From the NCBI RefSeq assembly GCF_004010195.1, contig NC_057717.1, positions 23,657,503 through 23,721,502 on the forward strand: a stretch of DNA of 64,000 bases. The letters are read 5' to 3'. Positions 13,093 through 26,071 of this stretch are shown one piece after another. The translations under genes were made by a program, and so were the position numbers. Numbering within the stretch: position 1 is the stretch's first letter; each line of letters begins with the position of its first letter. Origin of the DNA: Chiloscyllium plagiosum (Eukaryota). The notes under the pieces are model-generated. The model worked only from the letters and a program-made list of their open reading frames with translations. It had not been told where the DNA came from and did no database searches.

Positions 13093-13290
13093 AAAGTTAA
13101 AAATCACAGAAGACCAGGCTATAGTCCATTGGATCACAATCCAACAGGTTTAATTGGAAGTACGATGTTTTGGCGCGCTGCTCCTTCATCAGGTGGCTGT
13201 GCCCACTGATGAAAGAGCAGCGTTCCAAAAGTTAGTGCTTCCGATTAAACCTGTTGGATTGTAATCGGGTTTTGTGTGATATTTAACTTT
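13093..13290. repeat. ~200-bp hairpin of two inverted Penelope-type ends, each with an eroded hammerhead
   Basis: AAAGTTAAAAATCAC...CCAACAGGTTTAATTGGAAG pairs with CTTCCGATTAAACCTGTTGG...GTGATATTTAACTTT. CTGATGA cores at 13186-13192(-) and 13206-13212(+). Confidence 0.75.
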
Positions 13291-14007
13291 CCTCACGTTG
13301 GCTATTGAAAGGTCTTTGAATATCTTCTGCTGTCCACCTCTTTAACGTTTGCTTTCTTTAAACTCAGAGTAGAAGAATTCTTTATTTCAGCAGACGTTCG
13401 TCTTTCATCCAAACAACATAACAACATGGGGAGAGTAGTAACAGCGTGGAATGTCCTGCCTGCAACAGTAATGGACTCGCCAAATTAAGGATAATTAATT
13501 AATCATTGGATAAACGTATGGGTGCTAATGGAATAGTGTATTTGAGATGGACTTTTAATTGGTTTCACAGGTCATCCCAGCATCGAGGCCTGAAGATCAT
13601 GTACTGCACTGCAATTTACTGTGTCCTGTGTTCAGAATATATGTTTTTTCCCTCTGAAATAAAGGTGAATAAATCCCCACTACCTACCAATCCTTAATGA
13701 AGACTTTCTTTCAGCATTCACTACTGAGAGGGAATTTGACGTTTGTGAGGACCGGAAGAAATAGATTGATACGTTCTAACAGGTTCATGTTAAGAATTAG
13801 GATCAGCTGTAAAAATGGAAAAATATGAGGATAGATAAGTTCCCTTGGCCAGACGAGATTAAAATATACTAGGTAAGAACAATGACTGCAGATGCTGTAA
13901 ACCAGATTCTGGAGTAGAGTGGTGCTGGAAAAGTACTGCAGTTTTGGAGCGGAGGATCTTAAAGGAGAACAGTTGCTGCTGCTGTGCTTTTCCAGCACCA
14001 CTCTACT

Positions 14008-17000
14008 CCAGACGAGATTTAACCAAGACTTCCAGAGGAAGCGAGGGCAGAGATTTCTGCATCTTTGGCGACCGTACCACTCCACAAACCTTTGTATCAT
14101 CGGCAAACGTATTTACCCAGCCTTCTGCTCCCCATTCAAGCCATCCATATCCATCACATAGAGGTCCCAGAACAGATTCCTGTGGAGCACCATTGGTGAC
14201 CTTCCTCCAGGTTGAATATTTTGCAAGTGCTACCATCGTCTGTCCTCCATGGGCCAGCCCATTCCTTATCTAAATAGCCAAATTTCCGCGCTTCCCATGC
14301 ATCCTTACTTCCTGAATATGCAGACCATGGTGAACCTTATCAAACGCCTTTCTAACATCCCTGTGCACCACATCCACTGCTCTACCTTCATCAATGTGAA
14401 TCCAAGAATTCAATAAGGCTTATGAGGCATTGCCTGACCCTTACAAAGCCTTGCTGACGATCTCTAATCATGCTATGGCTTTCCAAAAAAATAAAATATC
14501 CTGTCTCTTATAGTCCTCTGCAGTAATCTGCCCACCTCAGGCGTACGACTGACTGATCTGTAATTGCCAGGATTATCCTTATTCCACTTTTTGAACAAGG
14601 GAATAACATTTGCCAATTTCCAATCAGCTGCCACACCGCCAGTGGACAGTAAGAATAAAATGTCAATGCCAAAGGTGCAGCAATCTCTCTTTTCGCTTTC
14701 TCTAGAAGTCTTGATTTTCTCCTGTCTGGCCAAGGTTACGTGTCTATCCTCATAGTTTTAAAATGTTGCAGCAGATTCTCATTCTGAACATCAACCTGTT
14801 CGAACATATCAGTATGTTTCTTGCTGTCCTTACAAACGTCAAGATCCCTCTCAGTAGTGAATGCTAAAACAAAGTCGTCCCTACCTCCTCCGACTCCAGT
14901 CACAAGTTCCCTTCACTATCCCTGATCGGACCCACGCTCACTCTGGCTCTTCTCTTCTTCCTTACATAAGTACAGAATACCTTTGGGTTTTCCTTAATCC
15001 TGCCTACTAAATCTTTTTCATCATCCATGCTCGCTCTCCTAAGCCCATTCTTCAGTTATTTCCTGTCGACCTTGCAAACCTTTTATCTATCCTCATAGTT
15101 TTAACATTTTTTGGCAGTAGATTCTCATTCTTAACATCAACCTGTTCGAACATATCAGTATGTTTCTTGCTGTCCTTACAAACGTCAAGATCCCTCTCAG
15201 TAGTGAATGCTAAAACAAAGTCGTCCCTACCTCCTCCGACTCCAGTCACAAGTTCCCTTCACTGTCCCTGATCGGACCCACGCTCACTCTGGCTCTTCTC
15301 TTCTTCCTTACGTAAGTACAGAATGCCTTTGGGTTTTCCTTTATCCTGCCTACTAAATCTTTTTCATCATCTAGAAATGCAATTTTGTCAGTTTTGTTTT
15401 GAAAATAGACTTGAATATTAAAGCTGGGATGTAATTCTGAGGCCCTACGAGGCTCTGGCCAGACCATATTTAGAGGATTGGACTCCAAATCGCAGGAGGA
15501 ATGTACTGGGCTGGAGAGGGTTCAGAGCACATGCACGCGAATGGTCCCAGGAATGAAAAATGTAACATATGAGGAACATATGGGGACTCTCGGACTATGC
15601 GCCATGGTGTTCCATTGTTCGGAGAGTCAAGGACCCGACGGCATAGCCTGAGAGTAAACGGATGGTGGTTGGAACAATAATAAGGAGAATATGCTTCAGC
15701 CAGAGAGTGTTGAACCTGTCGAAATCATTGCTGCAGAAGGCTGTGGAGGCTAGGATTAAGTGTATATTTCCGACAGAGATAGATATATTCTTGGATGTCA
15801 AGGGGATCAAGGTTGCAGGGAGAAAACGGGACATTGGGTTTGAGAAACGTATAAGCCCTGATTGAATGGCAAGCCAGCTCTATTTCAAGAATGGCCGAAC
15901 TTCTGCTCCTGTGCCTTGTGGTCTTTTGATCTAAATTCATGGTGAAATGGTTCACATTTAATAACACTGCCTGTGGTATCAGCAAACAACTCAGCAAATT
16001 TGTTGGACACAATTTCTTCTTCAGAACACGATACTGAATCTGTTTGATTTCAGTCAGTTTCTATTAACGTTCTGTTGTTTTTTTTTGCCTTACTAATAGA
16101 ATCTGCAATTTCCTAAATATTGATATAAGGCGAACTGGCTGATAGTTTCCTGCTTACTGTCTCTCTCCATCATTTAAGATGGGCATCACATTATCAATTT
16201 TTCGATCCACTGTACAGGTTAATATTCTATCATGCAATTGTTGCATTCCAGCGAAACTTCCCCTAACGGAAAGTTGCTTAATTGCAATAATGAGGCCAAC
16301 ACGAAAAGTGGAGTTGGGGAAGACAAGCAAAAATGTATCACTCACAATTGCTCAAAACGCACAAAAAATCAAATGCAAAGTGGAGCACAGACCGAATGAA
16401 GGTATAAATCGTATTTTCCAATGAATTCAAAGTCAAGTTAACGCAGTACATTTTAAAGGTAAAATATTCTTAATGCAAGGATAAGGAGTCATCATGGTAG
16501 ATCATGTGGTCTGCCTCATTCCTGTTAAGCGAGCTATCTCACATATTCCCTACATATATACAAATTACTTTACAATATCGAGCTTCTCTTCCAGTCTATA
16601 GAATTTATTTTGCTTTCACTACTCGCAATTTTATCCCCAGGGCGACTCTTGCTCACATTCTTATCAGTATTGCATTAATGTCGTCATTTTATCAAGGTTA
16701 TGTTGCCCTTGCATTCTTTTTCCCAAGAGACGTCATAAAAGCAGAGGTGCTTAGGCGTCCAGAAAGAGTTTCGTTTCATAATGACCGGGGAGTGGCCAGT
16801 TCTCCAAGTTCCAGACTCTTACTTTGGTTTGTCTGTGCCAGTCACAAAATGCAGGAATATAGGAAAGGTTGTAAACTTCAGTGATTGATTCCTGGCTGAC
16901 TTTCTGTCTAAAATCTCTTTGGATGTTCTTCATTCTTCTCTGTATGTATCTGTATTTCAATCTATCTATTTGACAAGAACTGTGTTTACGGGATGCTTAT

Positions 17001-20000
17001 GCGATGTTACTGGATTGGAATAGTTTCGATGTTTAGTTGCTGTATCGGGTTGGTTAGGTTTTTCAAAAGTATAGTTCTTCAAAATTCGATTTTCGTTTGT
17101 TCATAATTCAACTACAGTGTCAAATAAATTCTGTTTTGTTTAAAGCTGAGTGTTTTGAACAGCTGAATCCCACCCAGAATGCCCACCGTATACCTGCCTT
17201 CAAAATAAGAAAAGGTTGGTTTCTTGGCTGACTTCTTAACATATTTTGCGATGGTCTGGCCAGTCAATGACACTATACTTCTCCTTTGTTTTCAAATAAA
17301 AAGTGATAAGCTTGGAATAGTCCACCTTTCACGTGGAGATCTTCAGTGTATCTATCTCTGAATGCTGTTCTCTTTCATGACCGCATGTGTAGAACGGCAC
17401 GAGAACCAGTGCTGACATCAGGCGAAGCACAGCATGGCGCGGAGGTTTTAGTGCAGACATCGATGTATTCACGGAAAGAAGGGTGTATAATAATCACTGC
17501 TGGAATCGTGCTATTGCAAGCAAAGACAAGCGTTCTTGAATATACAACTCCTAAATTCCTCAGTGATAAGCAAATCGCTTTGCCAGAGAACTCGTTATCC
17601 GAGAACTACCCGTAGGTTGGTTAGCAGAGATGGCCAAAATTTGGCAGATGGAGTACAAAGTTAATAAGTGTGAGGTCATGCACTTTGGTCTAAAAAATGG
17701 GAACACCAACTATTATCGAAATGGGGAGATATTTCGGGTGCTCCAGTGTGGAGGGGACTATGTATCCTTGATCATGATTCGCAGAAAACAAGCATCACGT
17801 ACAACAGATAATACAGAAAACAAATTGAATGTTGGCTTTTTTGCTCAAAGAAGAGAAAACAAATGTAGGGAAGTGTTGTTGCAATGATACCAGTCATTGG
17901 TGAGACATCAACTGACCTAATGTGCACAGTTTGGTCCCTATATTTGAAGAAGAATGTAGTGGCGTTGGAGGCCATTTCGTGGAGGTTCATTAATTGAGTC
18001 TAGATATTGAAGGTATGTCATAGGAAGAGAAATTGAACATTTTAAACATATATAACCTGGAACTTAGAAGGATGAGGGGAGATCAATTTGAGCTATTCAA
18101 GTTGATGGAAGGTATGGAAAAGATACACTTGGAATGAATGCTTCCTCTTATGGGGAATTCGCGGAAGAACGGTCACAGTCTTAGGATCATGGGGAGCATA
18201 CTTAAAACTGAGTTGAGGGAACACGGCTTCTCCCAAATGGTTGTGAATGTCTGCTTTTTGCTAATCCAAATTGCAAAGAATGTTGGCACATTGGCTATAT
18301 TTAAGTAGGAGCCAAATAGAAGTTTTATTTATACTGGTTTGAAGGGTTTTGGGGAGAAAGCAGGAAAATAAGGAAAAAGAGCATATCAGCCATGATCGAA
18401 AGGCAGAGAACACTCGATTGGCCGAATGGCCTAATTCTGCTCCTATGCCATATGAATTTATGAACAGCACAAAAGGTCGTGTGTCGGTGGAAAATTCTTC
18501 CCGGAGAATGATGGAGAGGAAGTCATTGAATACAGTTAAGGAAGGAGACGGATTCTTGTCTAAGAATGACGAACTGACGTTATAAGCAGGAGACAGGAAT
18601 GTGTATTTGTGACCACAATCGGATTGTCCACGATAATATCACATGGTGGAGTTGGTTAGACTCGTCCAATCACTTACCTCTTAATCTCGTTTCAACGTTT
18701 TTCCTTTCTTTAGAATAATGAAAAACAATGAGAACATTTTCACGAACCATACAGCGTTCCCTTTCAGCGTGGGAATGAAACTTCCAGATAAGATTTTTCA
18801 ACTACACCTGGAAAATACTCAGGAAAGTTTCATGTTTTTGCAGAAAGGTCACAACCTCATTGAAACGGCAATAGCAATCAGATCAGACAGGAAAAATAAC
18901 CTATTCTGAAACAGAGTGCCTGGGAAGAAGTTGTTCGTTTCTCTTTCGCGAAATGACACTTTCACAGCACGAGGTCTACATTGTAATGAAGGCAAAGCAG
19001 TAACCATGTTACCCGTGCAGCTAAAATAATAGTGTCAAACCACTGGAGTAACGTTTGTGATGTTGCTAGATGTTTTTTTTTGCTTTGAGTGTGTGAGTTA
19101 TCTTAACTGTTTACACAGATGGCTGTGCTGTCCTAAGTTGACTAAGTGGTAATGCTTCATGAGACGATGTTAATCCGTAATATAACCGCTTTCTAAGCAT
19201 AATCAACGTACCAAACCAGCAAGTTACATCGGCTGTTGCTACAGAACATGTCAGATCTTTATTGGGTGCCATTGCATAAAATCAAACATTGCAGAAGACA
19301 CCCATCAATTCTGTTTATTCAAGTATTTTACAAAGTTTGTGAGGCTACCTCTCTCAATCACGCTCTTATTGAGTGCACTCAGGACACATACACCCTTTGA
19401 GTTCAAAACAGGTTCCACAAATCCTCTCTCGCCGTCTTGCCCTTACTTTAAACTTGCATTGCCTTGTTGTTGAAACCTTGACTGAGGAGAACAGCTGCTG
19501 TCAGTTCACCCTCTCCATATATCTCATTCTCGCTTATGCATAAACTACCTCTCTCAATCACGCTCTTATTGAGTGAACTCAGGACACATACACCCTTTGA
19601 GTTCAAAACAGGTTCCACAAATCCTCTCTCACCGTCTTGCCCTTACTTTAAACTTGCATTGCCTTGTTGTTGAAACCTTGACTGAGGAGAACAGCTGCTG
19701 TCAGTTCACCCTCTCCATATATTTCATTCTCGCTTATGCATAAATCAGGTATCCACTCAACATTCTGTGCTCCAATGAAAAGCCAAGGATATCTAACCTT
19801 TATTCATAGTTTAAATATTGTCTTGTCTTAATCAGCAATTGATCTGGTCATCAGAGCAATCCAGTTATATAGTCTTGTGACTTAATAATTTGCTCCGCAC
19901 TGTGCACCAAAGGGTGATCTTTAAAATTATGTAAAATTATTTATTGTTCTCCCGCACCTCATTCCCACATTCTCATTATTTATAAATATCAGAAACACAC

Positions 20001-20939
20001 CTTGATTTCTTTCATTTTCCCCAGATGTTATTTGTAGAAGAAGCATTGAGTTTCCAGTCTCTTGATTTTCTTATTTCAATGTATTCACACAGTGATGCAA
20101 TTTAATTATTTTCAAGAGGTAGCCACAAATAGTGGGCTTAGAGCTGAATTCTCCAATTAAACTCTGCCCTCCATTCATGTCTTCCTAGGTTTCAACAACT
20201 TGCCCTGCAACATTTGGAAGTTACGTGGATTGTTGTATTCTTTTTTTGGCAACATTCCCCATGATATTCAACGCTGAAGGACTTTATTTTATCGGTAGGT
20301 TGGGCAAAGAGTCATTCATTAATTTTGTTTGAAAGAGCTGGAGTGATGAGGATTAAGATGCAATGATCTTCTACATTATAGACACACTGTAAGAGACCAA
20401 ATAATATTTTCATGACCACGTTGAACCGGAAGCAAATTAATAGAGCAAATATTCACTGCTCTTCCTATTGTAAAAAAGTTTAAAAAGGTTGGAACAATGC
20501 ATTTAGGGAGAAAGAAGAGTCGTCTACACTTGATGAAGATCCAAAAATGAAGAGTGAATGCACAACCTGAACAAGAATCAAATGTTAGGTGGAAAAGGTA
20601 AAAGGAATCTGTTCTCAAATTTCAATCGACACCCAATCCTGATTTTCCCAAACAGTGGTGTTTGAAAGCCAATCAATCTGTCTTCTCCAAATACAGGCTT
20701 TTCTCTGCTACTAATACTTCATCTGCTACTCCTCTGCCTTCTTCCTACTCTTTCCTTTCACGCCTACTTCCCTAGCCCCCCGCTTTTGCTGCTACATATT
20801 CTTGCACTGACCATTTGCCTTCACCCTTCTCTTCTGTCACACCAACTGTATGACACCTATTACTCCCACTTACCCGACCCTCCTTTACCTGTTTTACCCT
20901 GCAATGAGAATGATGAAACTGCTAATTTCTATGTTACTC
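14008..20939 (-). repeat. right arm of palindrome
   Basis: Reverse complement of the left arm. It lacks left 7053-9101 and has two internal tandem duplications (14742-15370 region; 19345-19744). Confidence 0.95.
19345..19744. repeat. 2 x 200-bp tandem duplication, right arm only
   Basis: CTACCTCTCTCAATCAC...CGCTTATGCATAAA at 19345-19544 and 19545-19744; single copy in the left arm. Confidence 0.95.
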
Positions 20940-20969
20940 TTGGTAATCAATGAATGACGAGGTCTGAAC

Positions 20970-21060
20970 GGTCAATGTCCAATGTTCAGTAATGCGTATT
21001 TACCATTGTCTGATGCACCTGCAACCAGGACGGTGATGTCCAGTGATACTGAGTGTAGCT
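20970..21060 (-). pseudogene. P-loop (Walker A)-like coding remnant, possibly a dynamin-N-type GTPase
   Basis: Minus-strand frame LDITVLVAGASDNGKYALLN: a hydrophobic strand plus GxxxxGK, where Y (TAC) is one base from S (TCC). Flanked by stops. Confidence 0.3.
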
Positions 21061-21858
21061 TCTTTCTTGTCCTTCTGACATTGTACTTAAACAATCAGCC
21101 TCATAACAACAGGTTAAGCATCTCCGAACAGAGTCAAAGCCCATGTTCCAATTTTCTTTTGAATATTGTAACGACAGTTAACACAATGTTCAATCAAATC
21201 TTTCGAATCGAACACTTTATGTTTATTATTTAGGATAATGTCCCAATGTCATTTGGACTGAGATCAGACTGGCTTCCTTACGATAAAGGTTATGCCCGAA
21301 ACGTTGGCTCTCTTGCTCCTAGGATGGTACCTGACATGCTGCACATTTTTTCACTGCCACACCTTATCGTCATCCACATCACAAAAATTCGGGACTAATT
21401 TGCTCTTCCTTCATCATAGTTTGTTAAAAACCATGGAATCTGCTCGCAAACAGCTTTGCTCATCTTGAATAGAAGAAGTTCAAGAAGGGAGCTCCCTGTC
21501 ATCTTCTCCGGAGTTATTGCAGATGATACATAAACTCTCCCTCCATTGCGCCTTCCAAACTCCATGGATATATATGGACTGTTAAAAATACCAAGACATA
21601 TTTTTTTTTACATATTATTCTAAAGTCTCAGTAAGGTAATACCTTGCCAGACCAGTGTAAAACCAGCGACATCAGGAGCACGACATCATACTGAGTTAAC
21701 GATCTCCATCGTTTTCAATCAGTTACTTTCATATGCCTGATTGCACATTGTCAGTGCCATTGAGTTCAACATTGTCATGGCGAGTTGTCGCAATGCAATA
21801 CTTTATCAGTATTTAGCTACCTCAGCTGTAATTTCTCATTAAACATCAGTAGCAAATA

Positions 21859-22140
21859 CTGGATGGGTTTCCTGGGGTTTGTGGAGATGTCATTTCCTGT
21901 TCGTTTTATGAGGGGTTGATAGATGGAATCAAGAAAAATGCCTTTGTTTATGGCGTTTATGGCGAACAGGAAATGACATCACCACAAATCCCAGGAACCC
22001 CATCCAGGAAAAAGATATAAATAGAATGCAGGAGAAAACAGCTTCGCTTCACTTGGAGGTCTCCACTGATGATGTTACCGCCAGGTAATGAAACGTCTGG
22101 ATATCAAACCTACAGCTCAGCAAGCAAACCTACACCCTAA
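21859..22140 (+). mobile_element. Penelope-like terminal fragment with 45-bp inverted repeat
   Basis: 21859-21903 is an imperfect reverse complement of 21963-22007 and is followed by a hammerhead motif at 22066. Confidence 0.7.
22062..22101 (+). ncRNA. minimal (Penelope-type) hammerhead ribozyme motif
   Basis: TCCA-CTGATGA-T-GTTACC-GCCA-GGTAAT-GAAA-CGTC-TGGA: intact core, 6-bp helix II, 4-bp helix I (TCCA/TGGA), palindromic ACGT in place of helix III. Confidence 0.7.
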
Positions 22141-22388
22141 ATCTGGGATATGGATGTTTGGATTCACTGCTGAATGCCTTAGTTCAAGTTGTCAGGATGT
22201 TCAAATATACTGACTAAATGCCGGATCATTTGTTCGTACATATTGAGGAGGCCATCCAATCTTAGAGATTGTGGAATGACTCACCATCTTGAACTGTATT
22301 AAATCTCATATGGATATCCAATTCTTGAAGCAATCTCAACTGTGGAAGCCCCAAAACCGAATGCAGAAATTTTGCAAAATATGTTTCG

Positions 22389-22680
22389 ATTACATTACAT
22401 TACAGTGTGGAAACAGGCCCTTCGGCCCAACAAGTCCACACCGACCCGCCGAAGCGAAACCCACCCAGACTCCTACATTAACTCCTTGCCTAACACGACG
22501 GGCAATTTAGCATGGCCAATTCACCTGACCCTGCACATCTTTTGGACTGTGGGAGGAAACCGGAGCATCCGGAGGAAACCCACGCAGACACGGGGAGAAC
22601 GTGCAAACTCCACACAGTCAGTCGCCTGAGGCGGGAATTGAACCCGGGTCTCAGACGCTGGGAGGCAGCAGTGCTAACCA
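22389..22680 (-). mobile_element. HE1-type tRNA-derived SINE, well preserved, truncated by gap
   Basis: TGGTTAGCACTGCTGCCTC..GGGTTCAATTCCC (A/B boxes), GGAGTTTGCACGTTCTCCCCGTG core, CR1-like 3' end GGGCCGAAGGGCCTGTTTCC, (TGTAA)n tail. Confidence 0.9.
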
Positions 22681-23044
22681 NNNNNNNNNNNNNNNNNNNN
22701 NNNNNNNNNNNNNNNNNNNNNNNNNNNNNNNNNNNNNNNNNNNNNNNNNNNNNNNNNNNNNNNNNNNNNNNNNNNNNNNNNNNNNNNNNNNNNNNNNNNN
22801 NNNNNNNNNNNNNNNNNNNNNNNNNNNNNNNNNNNNNNNNNNNNNNNNNNNNNNNNNNNNNNNNNNNNNNNNNNNNNNNNNNNNNNNNNNNNNNNNNNNN
22901 NNNNNNNNNNNNNNNNNNNNNNNNNNNNNNNNNNNNNNNNNNNNNNNNNNNNNNNNNNNNNNNNNNNNNNNNNNNNNNNNNNNNNNNNNNNNNNNNNNNN
23001 NNNNNNNNNNNNNNNNNNNNNNNNNNNNNNNNNNNNNNNNNNNN
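22681..23044. other. assembly gap (364 N)
   Basis: N run. Confidence 0.99.
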
Positions 23045-26000
23045 CTAGTTCACCATTGCTTATTCTTTTGATCGATTTACTGCCATTTCTTTTCATCAGA
23101 TGAAAACGAAGTATTGCACACAGAAAACTGCAATGAAGGTTCTGGTAACAGTCTGCATTTTCTTTTCCTTAAAGAAAATCCCTTACTACTTTCGATTGAC
23201 ACCTGGAAAAATCGTCAACAGTGTTCAAAGGTACTGTTATACGAGGTCCAGTTATCTTACCGACCGTTGGTGGAGAGGTTCTAAATATTTTGCACATTTT
23301 TTTAAACACCACTGTTGCCTTTCACTTTTATTCTCCTTTTCAACGTCCGAACTGTCAGACATATTTCTGAGGCCATTCAGATGCGTAAGGAAAAACAGAG
23401 AATGACCCAGAGACAGACAGAAGAAAGAAATCTGTTATTTTACTCTTTTCCATAGCTGGCAGCTTCAAACTTTTCTGGTTGGGCTATGTTTTGTATTGCA
23501 TTAATGATTGTTATTGCATAAATTGGTCTACTTTCTATCTCTTTGAACAAGTTGTCTATATGATGAGGGACTTAAGTTCCTGTACATTGCATGTACTTAT
23601 ATAGTGACACAGAAAAACTTCAGACAGCAGTTAAAATGTGTAGTGAAATATCCAATTATAAAAATAAATCAAATGATTAATGAATGTAAGTAATTGAGAA
23701 TGTACTTGAACTGCAACAGTTAATGGAACGAGGCATGGACTGAAGGTGAAAGAATAGCAGCAACATCATAAAACTCCTTTTCTAATGGGCAAGGAATCAC
23801 TCCTCCTGTTTCTCTGCATCCTGTCTCTCCGAACCACAGAGCGCCTGCAGTTTTTTTAATTTTAATTTAAGCAGAGCAGACTGCAGAAAATAAACAGTCT
23901 TAATAAAAATGAATTTGCCAGGAGCAATGTAAGACCACATCTGGAGGATCTGAGTCTCCCTATTTAGGGAGAATAAAATTGCAGTGCAGATTTCTCAGCA
24001 AAACAGCCACAATCATTCCCTGTCTCCACCAGCGACACTAATTAACAGCAGTGTGTACCACAGAAAGATGTACTGCAGAAATTCACCAAGGTTCCTTCGT
24101 GACAAGCATCCTGACCCACCGCACTATCACCAAGAACACCAAGAATGGAGAAACACGGGAACATCACCAGTTCACGATTCCACATTTAAAAATTCGCCAA
24201 ACTAGTTTGGAACAACATTTTTTTTTTCTCAGGCGCCCTTGGTTGACAATGCTGAAACTCCTCCCCTGAAATCATTGTGGCTTTATTTGGACAGTTCTGG
24301 AACACAGCTCACTGCCACTTCATCAATTGTAGATGGGCAACAAATGCCGGCCCAACCAAAAATGCCATAATTCCATCAATGATTATATAGGTAACATAAT
24401 GAATATCCTGTATAAATATGTTTGATACATTATATGGTTTTGCGTGTAAATGCAATAAGTATGAAATAAAAAAAAAACTTTTAAAGAATTGCAGAATATT
24501 ATCAGAATTTAAGACAGTAATCCTAGTCCTCGATCCAGAAGCAGCAAGAAGTCTTTCTCTCAATTTTTTCGAACAGTAAGAAATGCAGTAAGATGTTGAC
24601 TGATACTTTTTAAAAGTTAGACTGATGAGGGACATTACGAACTAAATGGTACAATGTTAAACAAGGTGCAGGAGCAGAGAAGTCTTCAGATTTACTCTGG
24701 AAATCAGTCAGCTCAGGAGAGGGGCAAATGTGTCAAAAGATATTCCATTCATATTTTGTTGCATTACGGAAGTGTCAAGTTTGCTTTGCAGAAACAGGAT
24801 ATGGAGAACTCTGTCACAATGGACAGAGTTTCAATCGATTACCATGCACATTTCAGAATCTCTTTACAGCTTCTTCACAAACACCATTTTCTCTTTCCAG
24901 CAGTGTCCATCTAACGTTCTGAACTTCAATCAGGCAGAGAGATAGGAACATACAATTGGTGAAATATCAGTCAGACACTGAATTCAAATTGGACGATCTA
25001 GATCAAAGTCTCTCTCAGAGTTTTGTTCTGGATTCATTCGGAAAATAAGATGATAGAAAATTCCACGATGTCCTTCGGTGGCGCCAAGTTGTGTGGCTTT
25101 CTATTATTTTTTTTAAAAAGGACTTTGGAAATAAAACAAACCTCATGAAGTAATGGTTTCACCATTCAGATTTGTGTATCTGTGTGTGAGACAGTAAGTG
25201 TGTGTTTGATTGTAGTATTGTGTCTGTGTGTCTGACTAAGAACAGGGACAGATTCTTCTCTAATGTGGAGTCACAGAAAAAAAATAGTTGCGTGTCATTG
25301 TGCAATTGTTTGAATATAAGTATATTAGTGTGAGATGTGTGTGTGTGTATACATATGTGAGTGCATGATTGAGTGAGTTTATGTATACGGGCGAGATTCT
25401 ATGTCAGTGGTCATGTGAGATTTAATGGTTGTGTGTGAGTGACAGATTTTTGGGTAAGAGTTTATGCGCGAGTGTGTTTATATGAAAGAGGGCGGGTATG
25501 TCTTTGTAAGAGAGTGCGACTATGTGTTATGCTGGCTTCAATATTGTTTTGAGCTGTATTGTACCTTTAAGTGAGTTAAAAACAATTAGAACTATCTGAC
25601 TGCAACAAGTGTTCTGAAAAAGGTAACAATGTAACACTTGGTCGAAAGCTAGATTAGATTGGTTGCCCGAAACAAAAAAAAAACAGATTCGAATTAGGCT
25701 AGTTAGTTTAAGTCATATTCTGAAAAAATGCCAAACTCCAATCGAGTTTCAGTTTCGTATATTAACAATCTTAAACGTCAAATACGCCCAGCCCGATGCC
25801 TTGGCGGTGTAAGACCTGGGAAGGTTGAACAGTTGGGTGGAGAACTGCCAAGCCAGTGACATACGCAGACTACCCAGAAAATAGTTCTCCACAAGTCCTT
25901 TGTCGGTCCATAAACTGTGAAGCAATTCCCGAAGAAGCAGAAAAGAAGATTCAAAGTCTGGCTGGTTTTTGAAAACTGGAATTTTGTTATATCTTAATCG

Positions 26001-26071
26001 AACAGTTAATCGTACTAGTATTGCAGAAGGGCAAGGTAAAATATAGGGTAGAGGAAGGAGTTGTAAATAAT

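Noticed and set aside
21280-21365. Additional hammerhead-like motif (TATGCCCGAAACGTT)
   Set aside because: The CTGANGA core is lost; this is only an eroded Penelope end.
22610-22680. tRNA-like A/B boxes (also 31484, 32113, 38055)
   Set aside because: These are heads of tRNA-derived SINEs, not tRNA genes.
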